This document shows, one piece after another, positions 1-11,929 of a stretch of DNA of 64,000 bases. The stretch spans positions 24,123 to 88,122 of the forward strand of contig NIVC01003608.1 in assembly GCA_002269645.1 (NCBI GenBank), given 5' to 3'. The notes beneath the pieces were generated by a model. It saw only the letters and a list, made by a program, of their open reading frames with translations. It had not been told where the DNA came from and searched no databases. The first letter of the stretch is position 1. Each line of letters starts with the position of its first letter. This DNA is from Macrostomum lignano. Lineage: Eukaryota. Made by a program: the position numbers and the translations under genes.

Positions 1-670
1 TACCCTGTCTCACCGCATCTCACCTGTCTCACTCCATCTCACCCTGTCTCACCCCATCTCAACCTGTCCCACCCCATCTCACTCTGTCTCACTCCATCTC
101 ACTCTGTCTCACCCGATCTCACTCTGTCTCACCCCATCTCACCCTGTCTCACCCCATCTCACCCTGTCTCACCCCATCTCACTCTGTCTCACCCCATCTC
201 ACTCTGTCTCACCGCATCTCACCTGTCTCACTCCATCTCACCCCATCTCACCCCATCTCACCCTGTCCCACCCCATCTCACTCTGTCTCACCCCATCTCA
301 CTCTGTCTCACCCGATCTCACCCTGTCTCACCGCATCTCACCTGTCTCACTCCATCTCACCCTGTCTCACCCCATCTCAACCTGTCCCACCCCATCTCAC
401 TCTGTCTCACTCCATCTCACTCTGTCTCACCCGATCTCACCCTGTCTCACCCCATCTCACCCTGTCTCACCCCATCTCACTCTGTCTCACCCCATCTCAC
501 CCCATCTCACCCCATCTCACCCCATCTCACCCCATCCCACCCCATCCCACCCCATCTCACCCCATCTCACCCCATCTCACCCCGTCTCACCCTGTCTCAC
601 CCTATCTCACCCCATCTCACCCCATCTCACCCCATCTCACCCCATCTCACCCTGTCTCACCCTTGTCTCA
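1..670. repeat. Intronic 10-bp minisatellite (ACCCCATCTC/ACCCTGTCTC)
   Basis: Tandem decamers running up to the acceptor at 681-682. Confidence 0.95.
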
Positions 671-682
671 CCCTACTCGCAG

Positions 683-982
683 GGCAGAGCAGCTGGGCCG
701 TCGAGTTGGCGGCAGCGGCGCCGTCGGAGGCTGCGGCTGCTGCGACGGAGGCGGCAGCGGCGGTGGCGGCGGCGCGGGTGCGAAAATCCGAGCTCTTCGC
801 GAGCAGCTGGAGTCGAAGGACCTGCACATGGAGCTGCTGCGCAAGAAGGTCGCCCAGCTGGAGGCCGCCGCCGGCGCCGCTGGAACGACGGGCGGCAGCG
901 GGCTGAGCAGCTACGAGAGGGAGCGCGCGTACAAGCTGCAGCGCCACCTGGAGAAGTCGCAGGAGATGCTAGACGATGCTAG
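683..982 (+). CDS. CCDC170: CCDC170-like coiled-coil protein, penultimate exon
   Basis: Acceptor cgcAG at 681-682, donor AG|GTGAGT at 983. Encodes KIRALREQLESKDLHMELLRKKVAQLE, resembling the CCDC170 C-terminal coil; phase 2 fits the next exon. Confidence 0.8.
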   Translation, partial: GRAAGPSSWRQRRRRRLRLLRRRRQRRWRRRGCENPSSSRAAGVEGPAHGAAAQEGRPAGGRRRRRWNDGRQRAEQLREGARVQAAAPPGEVAGDARRC

Positions 983-1167
983 GTGAGTGAGCCAGAGAGA
1001 GAGGTAGAGGAAGGGAGAGAGAGGTGAAGGCAGGGGAGATGAAGAAGAGGGGAAGAGAAAATTGAATTCAAGCAACCAGGCTCTGTGAACAAAAAAGTGA
1101 AAATTCTTCATCGCACTACTTCCAGTATAAATGCAAACAAATGGAATGAACACTGAAAAAAATTCAG

Positions 1168-1840
1168 ACAGGAAATCGCGCGCCTTCGCGGCCAGCTGCT
1201 GGAGTGCAACGGGCTGAAGGCCACGGCCATCGAGCAGGACCGCGAGCTCGCCTGCCTGGAGACAACCATGGAGAAGCTGGAACGGGTGCGCCAGAAGCAG
1301 GCAAAGCGAATCGCGGCGTTGAAGGCCGAGGCGGAGGCGCGGGACCGGGACGGCGGCGACCGGCGCGGCCAGACAGACGGCATGAGCCACGAGATCCGCG
1401 CCCTGCGCCGCGCCCTCGAAGAGGCCAGGCGGCGGGAGCGCCAGCTGCTGGAATTCCGCGCCGCCATCGCGCGCATGCTGGGCCTGGACGCCGCGTCGCT
1501 CAGCATCCCAGATCTCGACATCATCGCCAGGCTGGAGCGCCTCGTCCAGGCGCAGGGCGGCGGCGCCTACGCCGCTTTCACGCCGGCGGAGCGGCCCCTC
1601 GGCGGCATGGAGCCGTCGTTTCAGTCGGGCTACAGCAGCGGCGGCGCCGGCGCTACGGTGCGCGGCCGGAGTCCCGCCCGGGTTTGCCCGGCTTGCCGGG
1701 TAGCCCGCTGCCAGTGCCGCGTGCCGGCGCGACACCGCAGCGGCAGCCGGGGCCGCAGCGGCCGAGTTGGAGGCGGCGGCGGGGGCGGAGCTTCGCGGGC
1801 TCGCAGCGTCTCGCCAGCCAGGGACAACCGGCGGTACTGA
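1168..1840 (+). CDS. CCDC170: CCDC170-like, terminal exon
   Basis: Acceptor ttcAG at 1166-1167. RQEIARLRGQLLE...RERQLLEFRAAIARMLGLDAASLSIPDLDIIARLERLVQA resembles the CCDC170 C-terminus; TGA at 1838-1840. Confidence 0.85.
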
Positions 1841-2014
1841 GGCTGCGGCTGGGACTAATTTTTATTTAAGTTAAACTGAATTCAATTTTCAGCTTTGTAT
1901 TTCTGCTTGCTAAACTTACTTTTTTAATATGGCAGGAGATTCTTCTCAATGACAGTATGGTCTCTGTCTGCTTTTAAATTTGACCTTTCCTGAACCAACG
2001 GTTTTCCTTGGATA

Positions 2015-2285
2015 CGGGATTTCCCTTAGCGACGGGATTTCCCTTAGCGAAGGGATTTCCCTAAGAGGACTGGATATCCTTTAGCGACGGGATTTCCCTA
2101 AGAGGACTGGATATCCTTTAGCGACGGGATTTCCCTAAGAGGACTAGATTTCCCTTAGCGAAGGGATTTCCCTAAGAGGACTAGATTTCCCTTAGCAACT
2201 GGATTTCCCTTAGCGAAGGGATTTCCCTAAGAGGACTAGATTTCCCTTAGCTACGGGATTTCCCTAAGAGGACTGGATTCCCCTT
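2015..2285. repeat. ~18-bp minisatellite (GATTTCCCTTAGCGACGG / GATTTCCCTAAGAGGACT) in or near the 3' UTR
   Basis: Alternating tandem units. Confidence 0.9.
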
Positions 2286-3362
2286 TGTATGGCATACACT
2301 GCACTCTCGACTAAACTTTTTATTTTTCTTACCTAGTTTCGACCAATCATGCATCACTTCCCCCACCCCCGATATTGACTAACAAATATATTGAGCAGAC
2401 AATGCCATACAGAGACCACCTTTTTCGGCACTCCAACGTTCCATAAAAATATGTTTAAATCCAGGCAAACAGACTATCTAGATACTATCTGAATGAGTAG
2501 CTGTAGTTGAACACAGGTCAGTCAGTCAATAGACGACAATATGTTTCAATAGTGTCTTGGTATTTTTATGGTCTATCTACTTTCTCTTGTATTTACGCAG
2601 ACTCAGCTTGGAAGACAAAATATTTGATCTATTGTTAACAAAAAACATTAGCTCAGGTAGATTTCCTCTCAGAAAAGCACTGCGATTAATTATCGGAAAA
2701 ATCTTTTTCTTTAACAATTTTCTCGCGATATTAATATTAATTTTTCTTCGTTGTTGCGTATCAGCCTACTGCCGTAAGTAGAAATGTTCAGAAAAAGTCG
2801 TCCCTTTTTGGTTTCTTCTCTAGGAATATTATTCGAATTTAATTTTCGCGTTTTTATTTCTTTATTTCTTATGATTTGTTAATTTTTTGAACATTTTTAA
2901 AAAAGAGAAGGTTGATTTTCAACAATCACAGCTCAGTTGTATGAAAACGCTGCTTGTTGTGCCCTAGTTTGAGTGACTGCACAACCGCCTTCAAATTTGC
3001 ATTAATTAACTTTCTAATTGACTGACTACTCAAACAGAATATGGATCTGCAGCCACTGTTATCTATTTGTCTCTAATTACTATTTATTGTCTTCTGTGTA
3101 CTGCGATTATATATCTATATACTCGTATAATCTATCCATGAATATTTATGACAATGACTATCATTTCCTAACTTGATGCATATAAATTCTTTTTTGATGT
3201 GAAAAATACTAAATAATATTTTTAATACACTGCTATAGAATTTTGCCTGCGCTGGGCCGCCGGTCAGGTGAAATATTATTGAAATTTCCTAAAAATAAAA
3301 TGAATTTTTCAGTACAGCTGTGTTCTATGAACTTATGAGAACTCGGAGACGTCCCTTGCAGT

Positions 3363-3925
3363 TGCCACCCTCCCCACCTCCAGTGGCTGCCACCCTCCCC
3401 ACCTCCAGTGGCTGCCACCCTCCCCACCTCCAGTGGCTGCCACCCTCCCCACCTCCAGTGGCTGCCACCCTCCCCACCTTCAGTGGCTGCCACCCTCCCC
3501 ACCTCCAGTGGCTGCCACCCTCCCCACCTCCAGTGGCTGCCACCCTCCCCACCTCCAGTGGCTGCCACCCTCCCCACCTTCAGTGGCTGCCACCCTCCCC
3601 ACCTTCAGTGGCTGCCACCCTCCCCACCTTCAGTGGCTGCCACCCTCCCCACCTTCAGTGGCTGCCACCCTCCCCACCTTCAGTGGCTGCCACCCTCCCC
3701 ACCTCCAGTGGCTGCCACCCTCCCCACCTTCAGTGGCTGCCACCCTCCCCACCTTCAGTGGCTGCCGCCCGATCCCCACCTTCAGTGGCTGCCACCCTCC
3801 CCACCTTCAGTGGCTGCCACCCTCCTCACCTTCAGTGGCTGCCACCCTCCCCACCTCCAGTGGCTGCCACCCTCCCCACCTTCAGTGGCTGCCACTCTCC
3901 CCACCTCCAGTGGCTGGCACCCTCC
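3363..3925. repeat. 25-bp minisatellite CCACCCTCCCCACCT(C/T)CAGTGGCTG
   Basis: About 22 tandem units; explains the overlapping repetitive ORFs. Confidence 0.95.
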
Positions 3926-4523
3926 TTACCATTTAAAACTAAATCTTAAATTATAATCTTAGAATCTCATAGATCATAAATCTTATTACAGACATATCTT
4001 TAAGTCTAACTTGGGATCTGTTGCATTTAGACAGACATTTTCACTAATTTGTTTACAATTTTGTTTAGTATACTTATAAAGCACAAATTAGCTCTACTCC
4101 TAATATCAGGAGTCTTTGAAGTTACCAGTATATAATTTTAAGGATCGCATTAATAATGAGCTAAACTATGCCAAAAACTGATCAGTGCTTTAATTCGCAC
4201 TTTATCGAATAAACAAACTTTGAAATACCAACTTATCAAAAAAATTGTTTTCTAAAATGAAAAGCTTGCACCATTATAAGCTCCAATTTATCACTTTTGA
4301 GTTGCATTGCAGAAATAAAATAATTTCAACCTAACGAAGCATTGCTGAGTGCTTAAACTTAATTATGCTTGCTGTTTATATTTGGTAAAACTGATCAGCA
4401 AAGAGAGCTGTGTAAATTTTACCCTCAACACTAAACAACAATGTGGTCAAGAGTCAGAGTTCAGAATCCGGTCAGTCATTGTCTATGAAGCGACATCGAT
4501 CTCAGATGCAGCGGAGAGCTCAT

Positions 4524-4712
4524 CTAACCGAAATGAATATGGATGAACTTCTTCTTCAGCTTCGGGCTCTGCTCCTGCGACAGGCTGGATTCGTCCAGGT
4601 TGGACAGAGTCTCCTCCAGCACACGTTCGGCGTGGGCCTTCTCCTCCTGGGTGGGCATGGCGACGGCCATGGCTGCGAACAGCAAAAGTCCGAGAGCGAG
4701 TTGCCACTTCAT
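4524..4712 (-). CDS. Small secreted peptide precursor (signal peptide, acidic propeptide, KKK, FIHIHF-G)
   Basis: ATG at 4712 in aatcATGA context. Translation MKWQLALGLLLFAAMAVAMPTQEEKAHAERVLEETLSNLDESSLSQEQSPKLKKKFIHIHFG*. GC-rich codon usage like the neighbouring exons. Confidence 0.75.
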   Translation of the reverse strand: MKWQLALGLLLFAAMAVAMPTQEEKAHAERVLEETLSNLDESSLSQEQSPKLKKKFIHIHFG

Positions 4713-5629
4713 GATTGCTTGAGTCGAGTCGAGTCTTCGAGCTGTGTAGATTGAGTCGAATGTGAGATTGTTGTGTTGAGCAGTCGGCAATTCCGAATTT
4801 ATGCACATCAGATTGGCACGTGTTTCCGGTCCTAGGAGAAACGTTTGATTTGTCTGCATTCACGAGAGCAGAGTCTGAGTGACATCTCTTTATTTAATGA
4901 CAGCTGTCAGTCAACTAGTTACATCAAAAGAGCATTTTCAGTGTAATTGCATTCAGCTCACTGCAGTGTAGTTGACCTTAGTTATTTTCGAAGTTACATT
5001 TGATGAAGCCTCTAATGATGAAGCCGTTGGTACTCTCGCAATGACGCTTCTCAATTCAATACCCAATTGTCTATGGCTAAAGTTGAGGCTCCTCCCCACA
5101 CCCAGTCTTTTCACGTCCAGTAAGATAAGTTGAAATGGATTCTGAGAGTTATTAATTCCATAGAAGATGAAGCACGCTTTTCCGGGAACTATTTTTAGTG
5201 CTCATAAAGAGCGTGATGCAACTCTCGTGGATTTGCAGGGCACGGTCAGGGCCATAGACAAAAAGAACAAAAATTAAAGCCGCAACGAGATTTAGCATTT
5301 GAAATTGCGGGCACTATGAGAGTTTCATCATGCTCCATCGCACGATAAAATTGGTTTAAAGTATGTGCAAAGCAAAGAGTACCAAGCTAACAATTAGCAC
5401 TGTACTCTGAGTATGTTTGGCAAATATTGTCCATGGCAAATATAGTAAAGAAACTTGGCAAAAAGACGCTGTTAGAAATTAAAACAAAACGCAACGCGCA
5501 TGCCAGAGCAGAAGGAAAATTTGTTTCGTGTAACCAGTTGGCGCTAAAAATCCGAAATAGAATCGTCGGGTACGAACGAGAGCTACCCGGAATCCATAGC
5601 TTGAGGGGCTTCCTCATTGAGTCATGATG

Positions 5630-5875
5630 GCCAGGAGCCAGGAGTGACAGCCAGGAGCGACAGCCAGGAGGGACAACCAGGAGTGACAGAAGGAGTGACA
5701 GCCGGGAGTGACAGCCGGGAGTGACAGCCAGGAGTGACAGCCAGGAGTGACAGCCAGGAGTGACAGCCAGGAGTGACAACCAGGAGTGACAGAAGGAGTG
5801 ACAGCCAGTAGTGACAGCCAGGAGTGACAGCCGGGAGTGACAGCCAGGAGTGATAGCGGGCTTGATAGAGACCAT
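5630..5875. repeat. 13-bp minisatellite GGAGTGACAGCCA
   Basis: Tandem units. Confidence 0.9.
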
Positions 5876-6384
5876 GGTAGTGATAGCAGTGACAGTGTTG
5901 CTGGAGTGACAGATAAACTGTAAGATTCCGAATAGTTTTAGCGCAAGATCGAGTAAAGCATGAAGTGCAGCATTGCGACGCGGTGACTTGTGGCAGACAC
6001 AAGCTACAAGCTATAGGGTTTTGCAAGAACAACAGCCATTAAAATCTAGCTAATTCACAATAGATAGTATTTAAAGTAGCGAACACGCATCTATTGAGTT
6101 AGTAATGACGTTTTAAAGCTGCGAAGCGATGCAGTCTCAGATTCTGGGCAGGAAGAAATGCACGAACATAGAGTGAACTATAAGGACAGTCGACAGGGTG
6201 AGCCAGGTGTGTACGCGGCCTGTTTTTTACCTGCCAACTCTGGATCGGCACCTCCTGGCCTGCTGAGTAGCCGCTGCTGACCGCCTGACTGGCATGGACT
6301 CCGTTGTCCTTGGACTTTGGGATAATGAGGATTGAGACGGATAAGGTCAGGATGGGCCATGCATCAGTGGGGAATGTGCTAAGA

Positions 6385-6645
6385 GACTGGGAAGGGAGAG
6401 AGGGAGACTGAGAGGGGAGAGAGGGAGACTGAGAGGGGAGAGAGGGAGACTGAGAAGGGAGAGATGGAGACTGAGAGGGGAAAGAGGGAGACTGGGAAGG
6501 GAGAGAGGGAGACTGAGAAGGGAGAGATCGAGACTGGGAGGGGAGAGAGGGAGATTGGGAAGGGAGAGAGGGAGACTGGGAGGGGAGAGCTGAGGGAGAC
6601 TGGGAAGGGAGAGAGGGAGACTGGGAGGGGAGAGCTGAGGGAGAG
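6385..6645. repeat. GA-rich minisatellite (GGGAGAGAGGGAGACTGA-like)
   Basis: Tandem purine-rich units. Confidence 0.9.
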
Positions 6646-7476
6646 GAAGCACTCAGGTTGGGGGTTCCGAGAAGTTAGAACAGTCAGTAAAACAAATTTT
6701 GCTAGTAAAATAACAGCTCAAAATCGCAATTAGACCAACCAGCACAATGATTAAAAAGTCCCAGTCACCAATAAAGTTTTCTTTTAAAATCCGATTTTAT
6801 TTATAGCCTCTACTACTGCAAGTAGTTAGCGCGAATTTTTCAATTACGCAAGTGAAGAATTTCAATTAGAAAATGTAAAAATAAGTCAGCTGCCTCCCCG
6901 CGAAAAGTGAAAAAATATTTTTAGTTTAATAAATTTGCTGTACCTTTCAAAAGCTGATGCTGGATGATGGTGGAACGGTTCCTGCTAAAAATAGTGAAGT
7001 TGTAATGGCATGGAGACCAGCAGTCCAACAGGGAATTACTTATTCTAAGTGAAGAGCTACAGTACCTCATGCATTGAGAACTTTGCTAATACATTAAAAA
7101 TCATGCAGCTTGTATAATCAAATAGCAAACAGTGCTTCATACCCTCAGGGACTACTTATTGTCGTTTATATCTTACCTGAACAAGGACTAAATTATGTAC
7201 ATGCTATGAAGAAAATTACACTTCGGCGAGTTTCTGGAGCCGGGCAACATAAAATTGAATATTCAGCCTCCAATAAAATTCGCACGTCTTGAGCGTGTCG
7301 CGTCCTGCTACTTAAGTAGTCCGTGTGACTGCCACCCTCCCTGCACGTCAGAGACTACTATACGCGTGAAACTCTTGGTCAATGGTACTTCAAGTAGTGC
7401 ACCACATATAAAAGAAAATAACTATCACAATCGAATTGTAAAATTTGGTAGAATCGATATAATAACGTGTTTATTG

Positions 7477-8559
7477 CGGCCCATCAGACTGGATTGCAGT
7501 TCTGTCTCGCATAGAGGCGCCTAACCGCAGTACCCCTGTGAAACTTGTCTCTGCCTGGCTGAAAGCTTGTTATGAGTGAGTAGGCTGGGTTGGAGGGTAA
7601 TAGTGGATCGGGAAGGGCTGCGGGTAGCTGTATAGGAAGGCAGGCCTATACCTGTTCCAGTGGTGCATTGACGGTCTCCCTCAAGTGCCCTCTGAGCGAA
7701 CAGCCAGCGACCCTATTAAAGCTGGAGTGTGCCAGAACCAGGACTGAGTCTGAGCAGGACGAGACCGTTGGCACGGTCACTATAGAAATGGCGGGTTGGC
7801 GAAGCAAAGGGTGAAATAGTCCCGGCGATTAGCCCTCCTGCCGCTTCAAAGATAAGAGACTGTCTGGCAAGAGTACCCGGGGTTTAGTTGGGGAGGTTCC
7901 TCGAGGGTTGCCACGGCCGTGGGGGCGGTCATACGACCGGTTTTTTTGGCTTTCCTAACCCGGTGAAGGCACGGGCTTCCCTGATTGGTTCGCACTCCCC
8001 CTCTGGCCCCGGGGAGGTTTTCGATTTGTACCCGGGGGTGGTGGGCGGTCGGCCCCAGCATGGTTGCCACGGCTCTCGGCCTTCGGGCCAACCCTAATAG
8101 GCAAGGGGTCTTTCTAACCTGGTTTTTGGGCACGGGCTCCCTGACTGGTTTGTCGAACCGCTGTCACTGTCCCCCGGGGAAGTTTGGTTTTTGTGATATT
8201 GCCCTTTGTACAGTCCTCTATAGTCTAACCTGGCTTTTTGTGTACATAAGTACACTCCCTATTTGGAATCTAAGTTTTCACTAGTGGCGTAAGAGCCTGA
8301 TCAATGGCTGGGGCGCCGAATTACTTATTACTGTTACTGTTACGGCCAGTGGCGCAACCAGGGGGGGGGGCGGGGGGGCGGTCGCCCCCCCCTTAGGCGG
8401 GGGACCGAAAAAAAATCTAAGGGGGACCAAGCGAATTTTCGCCAAAAACAGAGCCACCCCTCCGCCGCCCCCCCTCCCGGGACTTTACCCTCAGAATCCG
8501 CCCCCCCTTGAAAAATTTCTGGTTGCGCTACTGGTTACGGCCCATCAGACTGGATTGCA
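7477..8559 (+). mobile_element. Possible retroposed element bounded by 22-bp direct repeats, with a (TTACTG)n tail
   Basis: CGGCCCATCAGACTGGATTGCA at 7477-7498 and 8538-8559; simple-repeat tail ttacttattactgttactgttac before the second copy once the MITE is removed; internal ~155-bp diverged duplication. Confidence 0.4.
8347..8533. mobile_element. hAT-type MITE (187 bp)
   Basis: 15-bp TIR CAGTGGCGCAACCAG / CTGGTTGCGCTACTG (1 mismatch); 8-bp TSD GTTACGGC at 8339-8346 and 8534-8541. Confidence 0.9.
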
Positions 8560-9469
8560 AATTTCTCCAGAGATAGTGCAGTAGTACGCGGATATTTTAA
8601 TATCTTTTTTTTTTAAATTTAGCAACAACTAGCAATCTATAGTGCCCCCCTTCGGGGCGGCCAATGAGCAAGGGACGAATCCTTTATGAAAATAATTCTT
8701 AATTCGTTTATTAATTTATTTATAAATAGAATAGAATTTAATAATTAATTCTATTTTTTATTCTGGGATTATGTATAAATCAAACATATGCTATTTAACC
8801 ATGCTTGCCATCTTTCAGAGCAATAGCGTGCTACTTCTGTAGCCGGGGGGGGCTCCAGGTATTGCACGGCAAGCAGTACGCCCTGCAACGGCTGCAAAAG
8901 CAGCAACAGCAGAAAAAAATGTTACTCATTGGCAGAACAGTTGGCTATAATACCAAGAGGCGTCAGTGGCGCTTTTGCAGAAGGCTTCACCAACAAGATG
9001 GTACCATTGCACAAATTCTGTTACGAACATTTCATTGGTGGCAATCTTACCACTTGTTGGCTTGCTTTAGTCTGCACAGCTGGTCATAGGCATTCACTTG
9101 GGAGCATGTAAATTTCACTCATTACTAATGAGCATTCAAAAACAGTTACAACCCTCCTCTTTTTGCAACCGGGCTTGGGACCGGCTTTGGCAGAGTTAAA
9201 GCCATCACAAGAGACTATCTGGGGTTTGCAAAGGCAGCTTCAAACCCCCTCTGGCTGCATTTGCATGTACGAGGGCCATTCCAAAAGTTCATGCAATCAG
9301 ACATTTTTTATTACAACAAAAAGCTGCTAATTTGGGCTTCTATCACTGCACTACGAGACTCTCTGGCCGAACCCTTTAATTGGAACATTAATTGATTGAA
9401 TTTTCCTATTGCTTGGAAAAGGACTCTAATTGAGCTTCTATCACCGCAGTATCAAGACTGTCTCTGACC

Positions 9470-10330
9470 GAACCCTAGAAATGCAGTAGAAATGCAGTTT
9501 CTTATGTAAACACAGTCCTACAAATAAAGATTCTTAGAAACGTTTCCTAGAAATGCAGTTTCTTATATAAACATAGTCCTACAAATAAAGATTCTTAGAA
9601 ACTTTTCCTAGAAATGCAGTTTCTTATATAAACACAGTCCTACAAATAAAAAATTCTTAGAAACGTTTCCTAGAAAAGCAGTTTCTTATATAAACATAGT
9701 CCTACAAATAAAGATTCTTAGAAACTTTTCCTAGAAATGCAGTTTCTTATATAAACACAGTCCTACAAATAAAAAATTCTTAGAAACGTTTCCTAGAAAA
9801 GCAGTTTCTTATATAAACATAGTCCTACAAATAAAGATTCTTAGAAACTTTTCCTAGAAATGCAGTTTCTTATATAAACACAGTCCTACAAAAAAAGATT
9901 CTTAGAAACGTTTCCTAGAAATGCAGTTTCTTATATAAACACAGTCCTACAAATAAAGATTCTTAGAAACGTTTCCTAGAAATGCAGTTTCTTATATAAA
10001 CATAGTCCTACAAATAAAAAATTCTTAGAAACGTTTCCTAGAAAAGCAGTTTCTTATATAAACATAGTCCTACAAATAAAGATTCTTAGAAACTTTTCCT
10101 AGAAATGCAGTTTCTTATATAAACACAGTCCTACAAATAAAGATTCTTAGAAACGTTTCCTAGAAATGCAGTTTCTTATATATAAACACAGTCCTACAAA
10201 TAAAGATTTTTACAAACGTTTCTCAGATATGCAGTTTCTTACAAACACATTCCTACAAACAAAGATTCTTAGAAAGTTTCTTAGAAATACAGTTCATCTC
10301 TACAAATAAACATTTTTTGAAACGTTTCTT
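9470..10330. repeat. ~62-bp satellite (TTCCTAGAAATGCAGTTTCTTATATAAACACAGTCCTACAAATAAAGATTCTTAGAAACGT)
   Basis: About 13 tandem units. Confidence 0.95.
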
Positions 10331-10375
10331 AGACTTAGATATACAGATACAGTCAAATTAAAATGTTCATCTCAC

Positions 10376-10716
10376 CTGTTAACCGACACTCCTCGACGGC
10401 GAATTTGGTCGGCCTCCACTCGAGCTCTTCGCTGAGCCTCAGTTTCCGTGGCCCTACGCTCACTTGTGCGCCGCCGAGCTGCAGTTAGGCGCTCTTCTCG
10501 CTGAGCGTCGGTCTCCACGGCACTCCGCTTAGCCTTTTGCTGTCGGAGTCCAGCCAGGCGCTCTTCGCGCTGAGCGTCGGTCTCCCTGGCCCTTCGTTCA
10601 GTCTCCTGCTGCCGGTGTGCAGCCAGGCGCTCCTCTTGTTGAACAGCGGTCTCTTGCTGACGTTTCTTTTTGGCATCTCTGCTCTTTTTCAAAGCGCTGG
10701 TGCCACGTCGAGCCAT
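10376..10716 (-). mobile_element. Helitron-like N-terminal charged-repeat exon fragment (ETxxQREERL)
   Basis: MARRG...RQQETAVQQEERL/RARETDAQREERL/RSAVETDAQREERL repeats, like those preceding Helitron Rep/Hel ORFs; donor AG|GTGAG at 10375; no Rep or helicase domain seen. Confidence 0.5.
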
Positions 10717-11164
10717 TTTAGAATTTGGATCGAAAAATATGATAGGAATTGAATTGAAAAATAAGATAAGTAGAATTAGAATGAAAAAGTAAAGATAGTC
10801 TGAGTGAGGGGTTGTGTGATAATTGACAAAGATAAGAAAACAATCATGACAAACATTTTAAACTCAGCGCACCACCGCCACCCCAAAAAGCTGTACACTA
10901 TTCAGTGTTAATAAATGTACACTAAACGTAAATTCTCTCCAGCGCCCGCTGCTAATTGGTCAAGCTGCCCTTTAAAGCCAAAATTCTCCTTACAAAACTG
11001 CTAATAAAATGGTCAAAGTCAACAAGCAGCGATAAACAAATAGATGTGCAAATACTCGTGCACATTTTACACTCATCTTTTTTACCACAAAGTTGTTAGC
11101 AATGTTGCATTGAAAACTTTCAATAAAAATCGCTTATTTATATGAAAGTCGCTCTCTGCAATGC

Positions 11165-11880
11165 AGTCTTGGTCTTGGTAATCCTTGGTTTATTAATAGC
11201 AATAATCTTTGGCTTCTTGTAATCCTTGGTTTATTAATAGCAATAATCCTTGATTAATCAAGTGCATTAATCCTTGGTTTATTAATAGCAATAATCCTTG
11301 GCTTATTGAGTGCAGTAATCCTTGGTCTGCCAAGAGCAATAGTCCTTGATTTAATCCTTGGTTTATTAATAGCAATAATCCTTGGCTTCTTGAGTGCAGT
11401 AATCCTTGGTTTGCCAAGAGCAATAGTCCTTGGTTTATCGAGTGCAGTAATCCTTGGTTTATTAATAGCAATAATCCTTGGCTTATCGAGTGCAGTAATC
11501 CTTGGTTTATTAATAGCAATAATCCTTTAATAATCCAGTGCATTAATCCTTGGTTTATTAATAGCAATAATCCTTGATTAATCAAGTGCATTAATCCTTG
11601 GTTTATTAATAGCAATAATCCTTGATTAATCAAGTGCATTAATCCTTGGTTTATTAATAGCAATAATCCTTGGCTTCTTGAGTGCAGTAATCCTTGGTTT
11701 ATTAATAGCAATAATCCTTGATTAATCAAGTGCATTAATCCTTGGTTTATTAATAGCAATAATCCTTGGCTTCTTGAGTGCAGTAATCCTTGGTTTGCCA
11801 AGAGCAATAGTCCTTGGTTTATCGAGTGCAGTAATCCTTGGTTTATTAATAGCAATAATCCTTGGCTTATCGAGTGCAGT
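11165..11880. repeat. 24-bp minisatellite AATCCTTGGTTTATTAATAGCAAT with variant units
   Basis: Tandem units. Confidence 0.95.
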
Positions 11881-11929
11881 AGTCTAAGTGTTTTTATTTA
11901 GTCCTTTAATAAAAGCTTTTAATAAAAAA

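Noticed and set aside
657-1869. Antisense and alternate-frame ORFs over GC-rich exons (also 41121, 41230, 49034, 59728, 60474)
   Set aside because: Shadow ORFs of real coding exons
6190-6380. Possible isolated minus-strand exon (TFPTDAWPILTLSVSILIIPKSK...)
   Set aside because: No recognisable homology or partner exons
7538-8300. Solo LTR (TG...CA) followed by a TGGCG primer-binding site
   Set aside because: No 4-6-bp TSD and only ~7 nt of tRNA complementarity; not excluded, but unsupported
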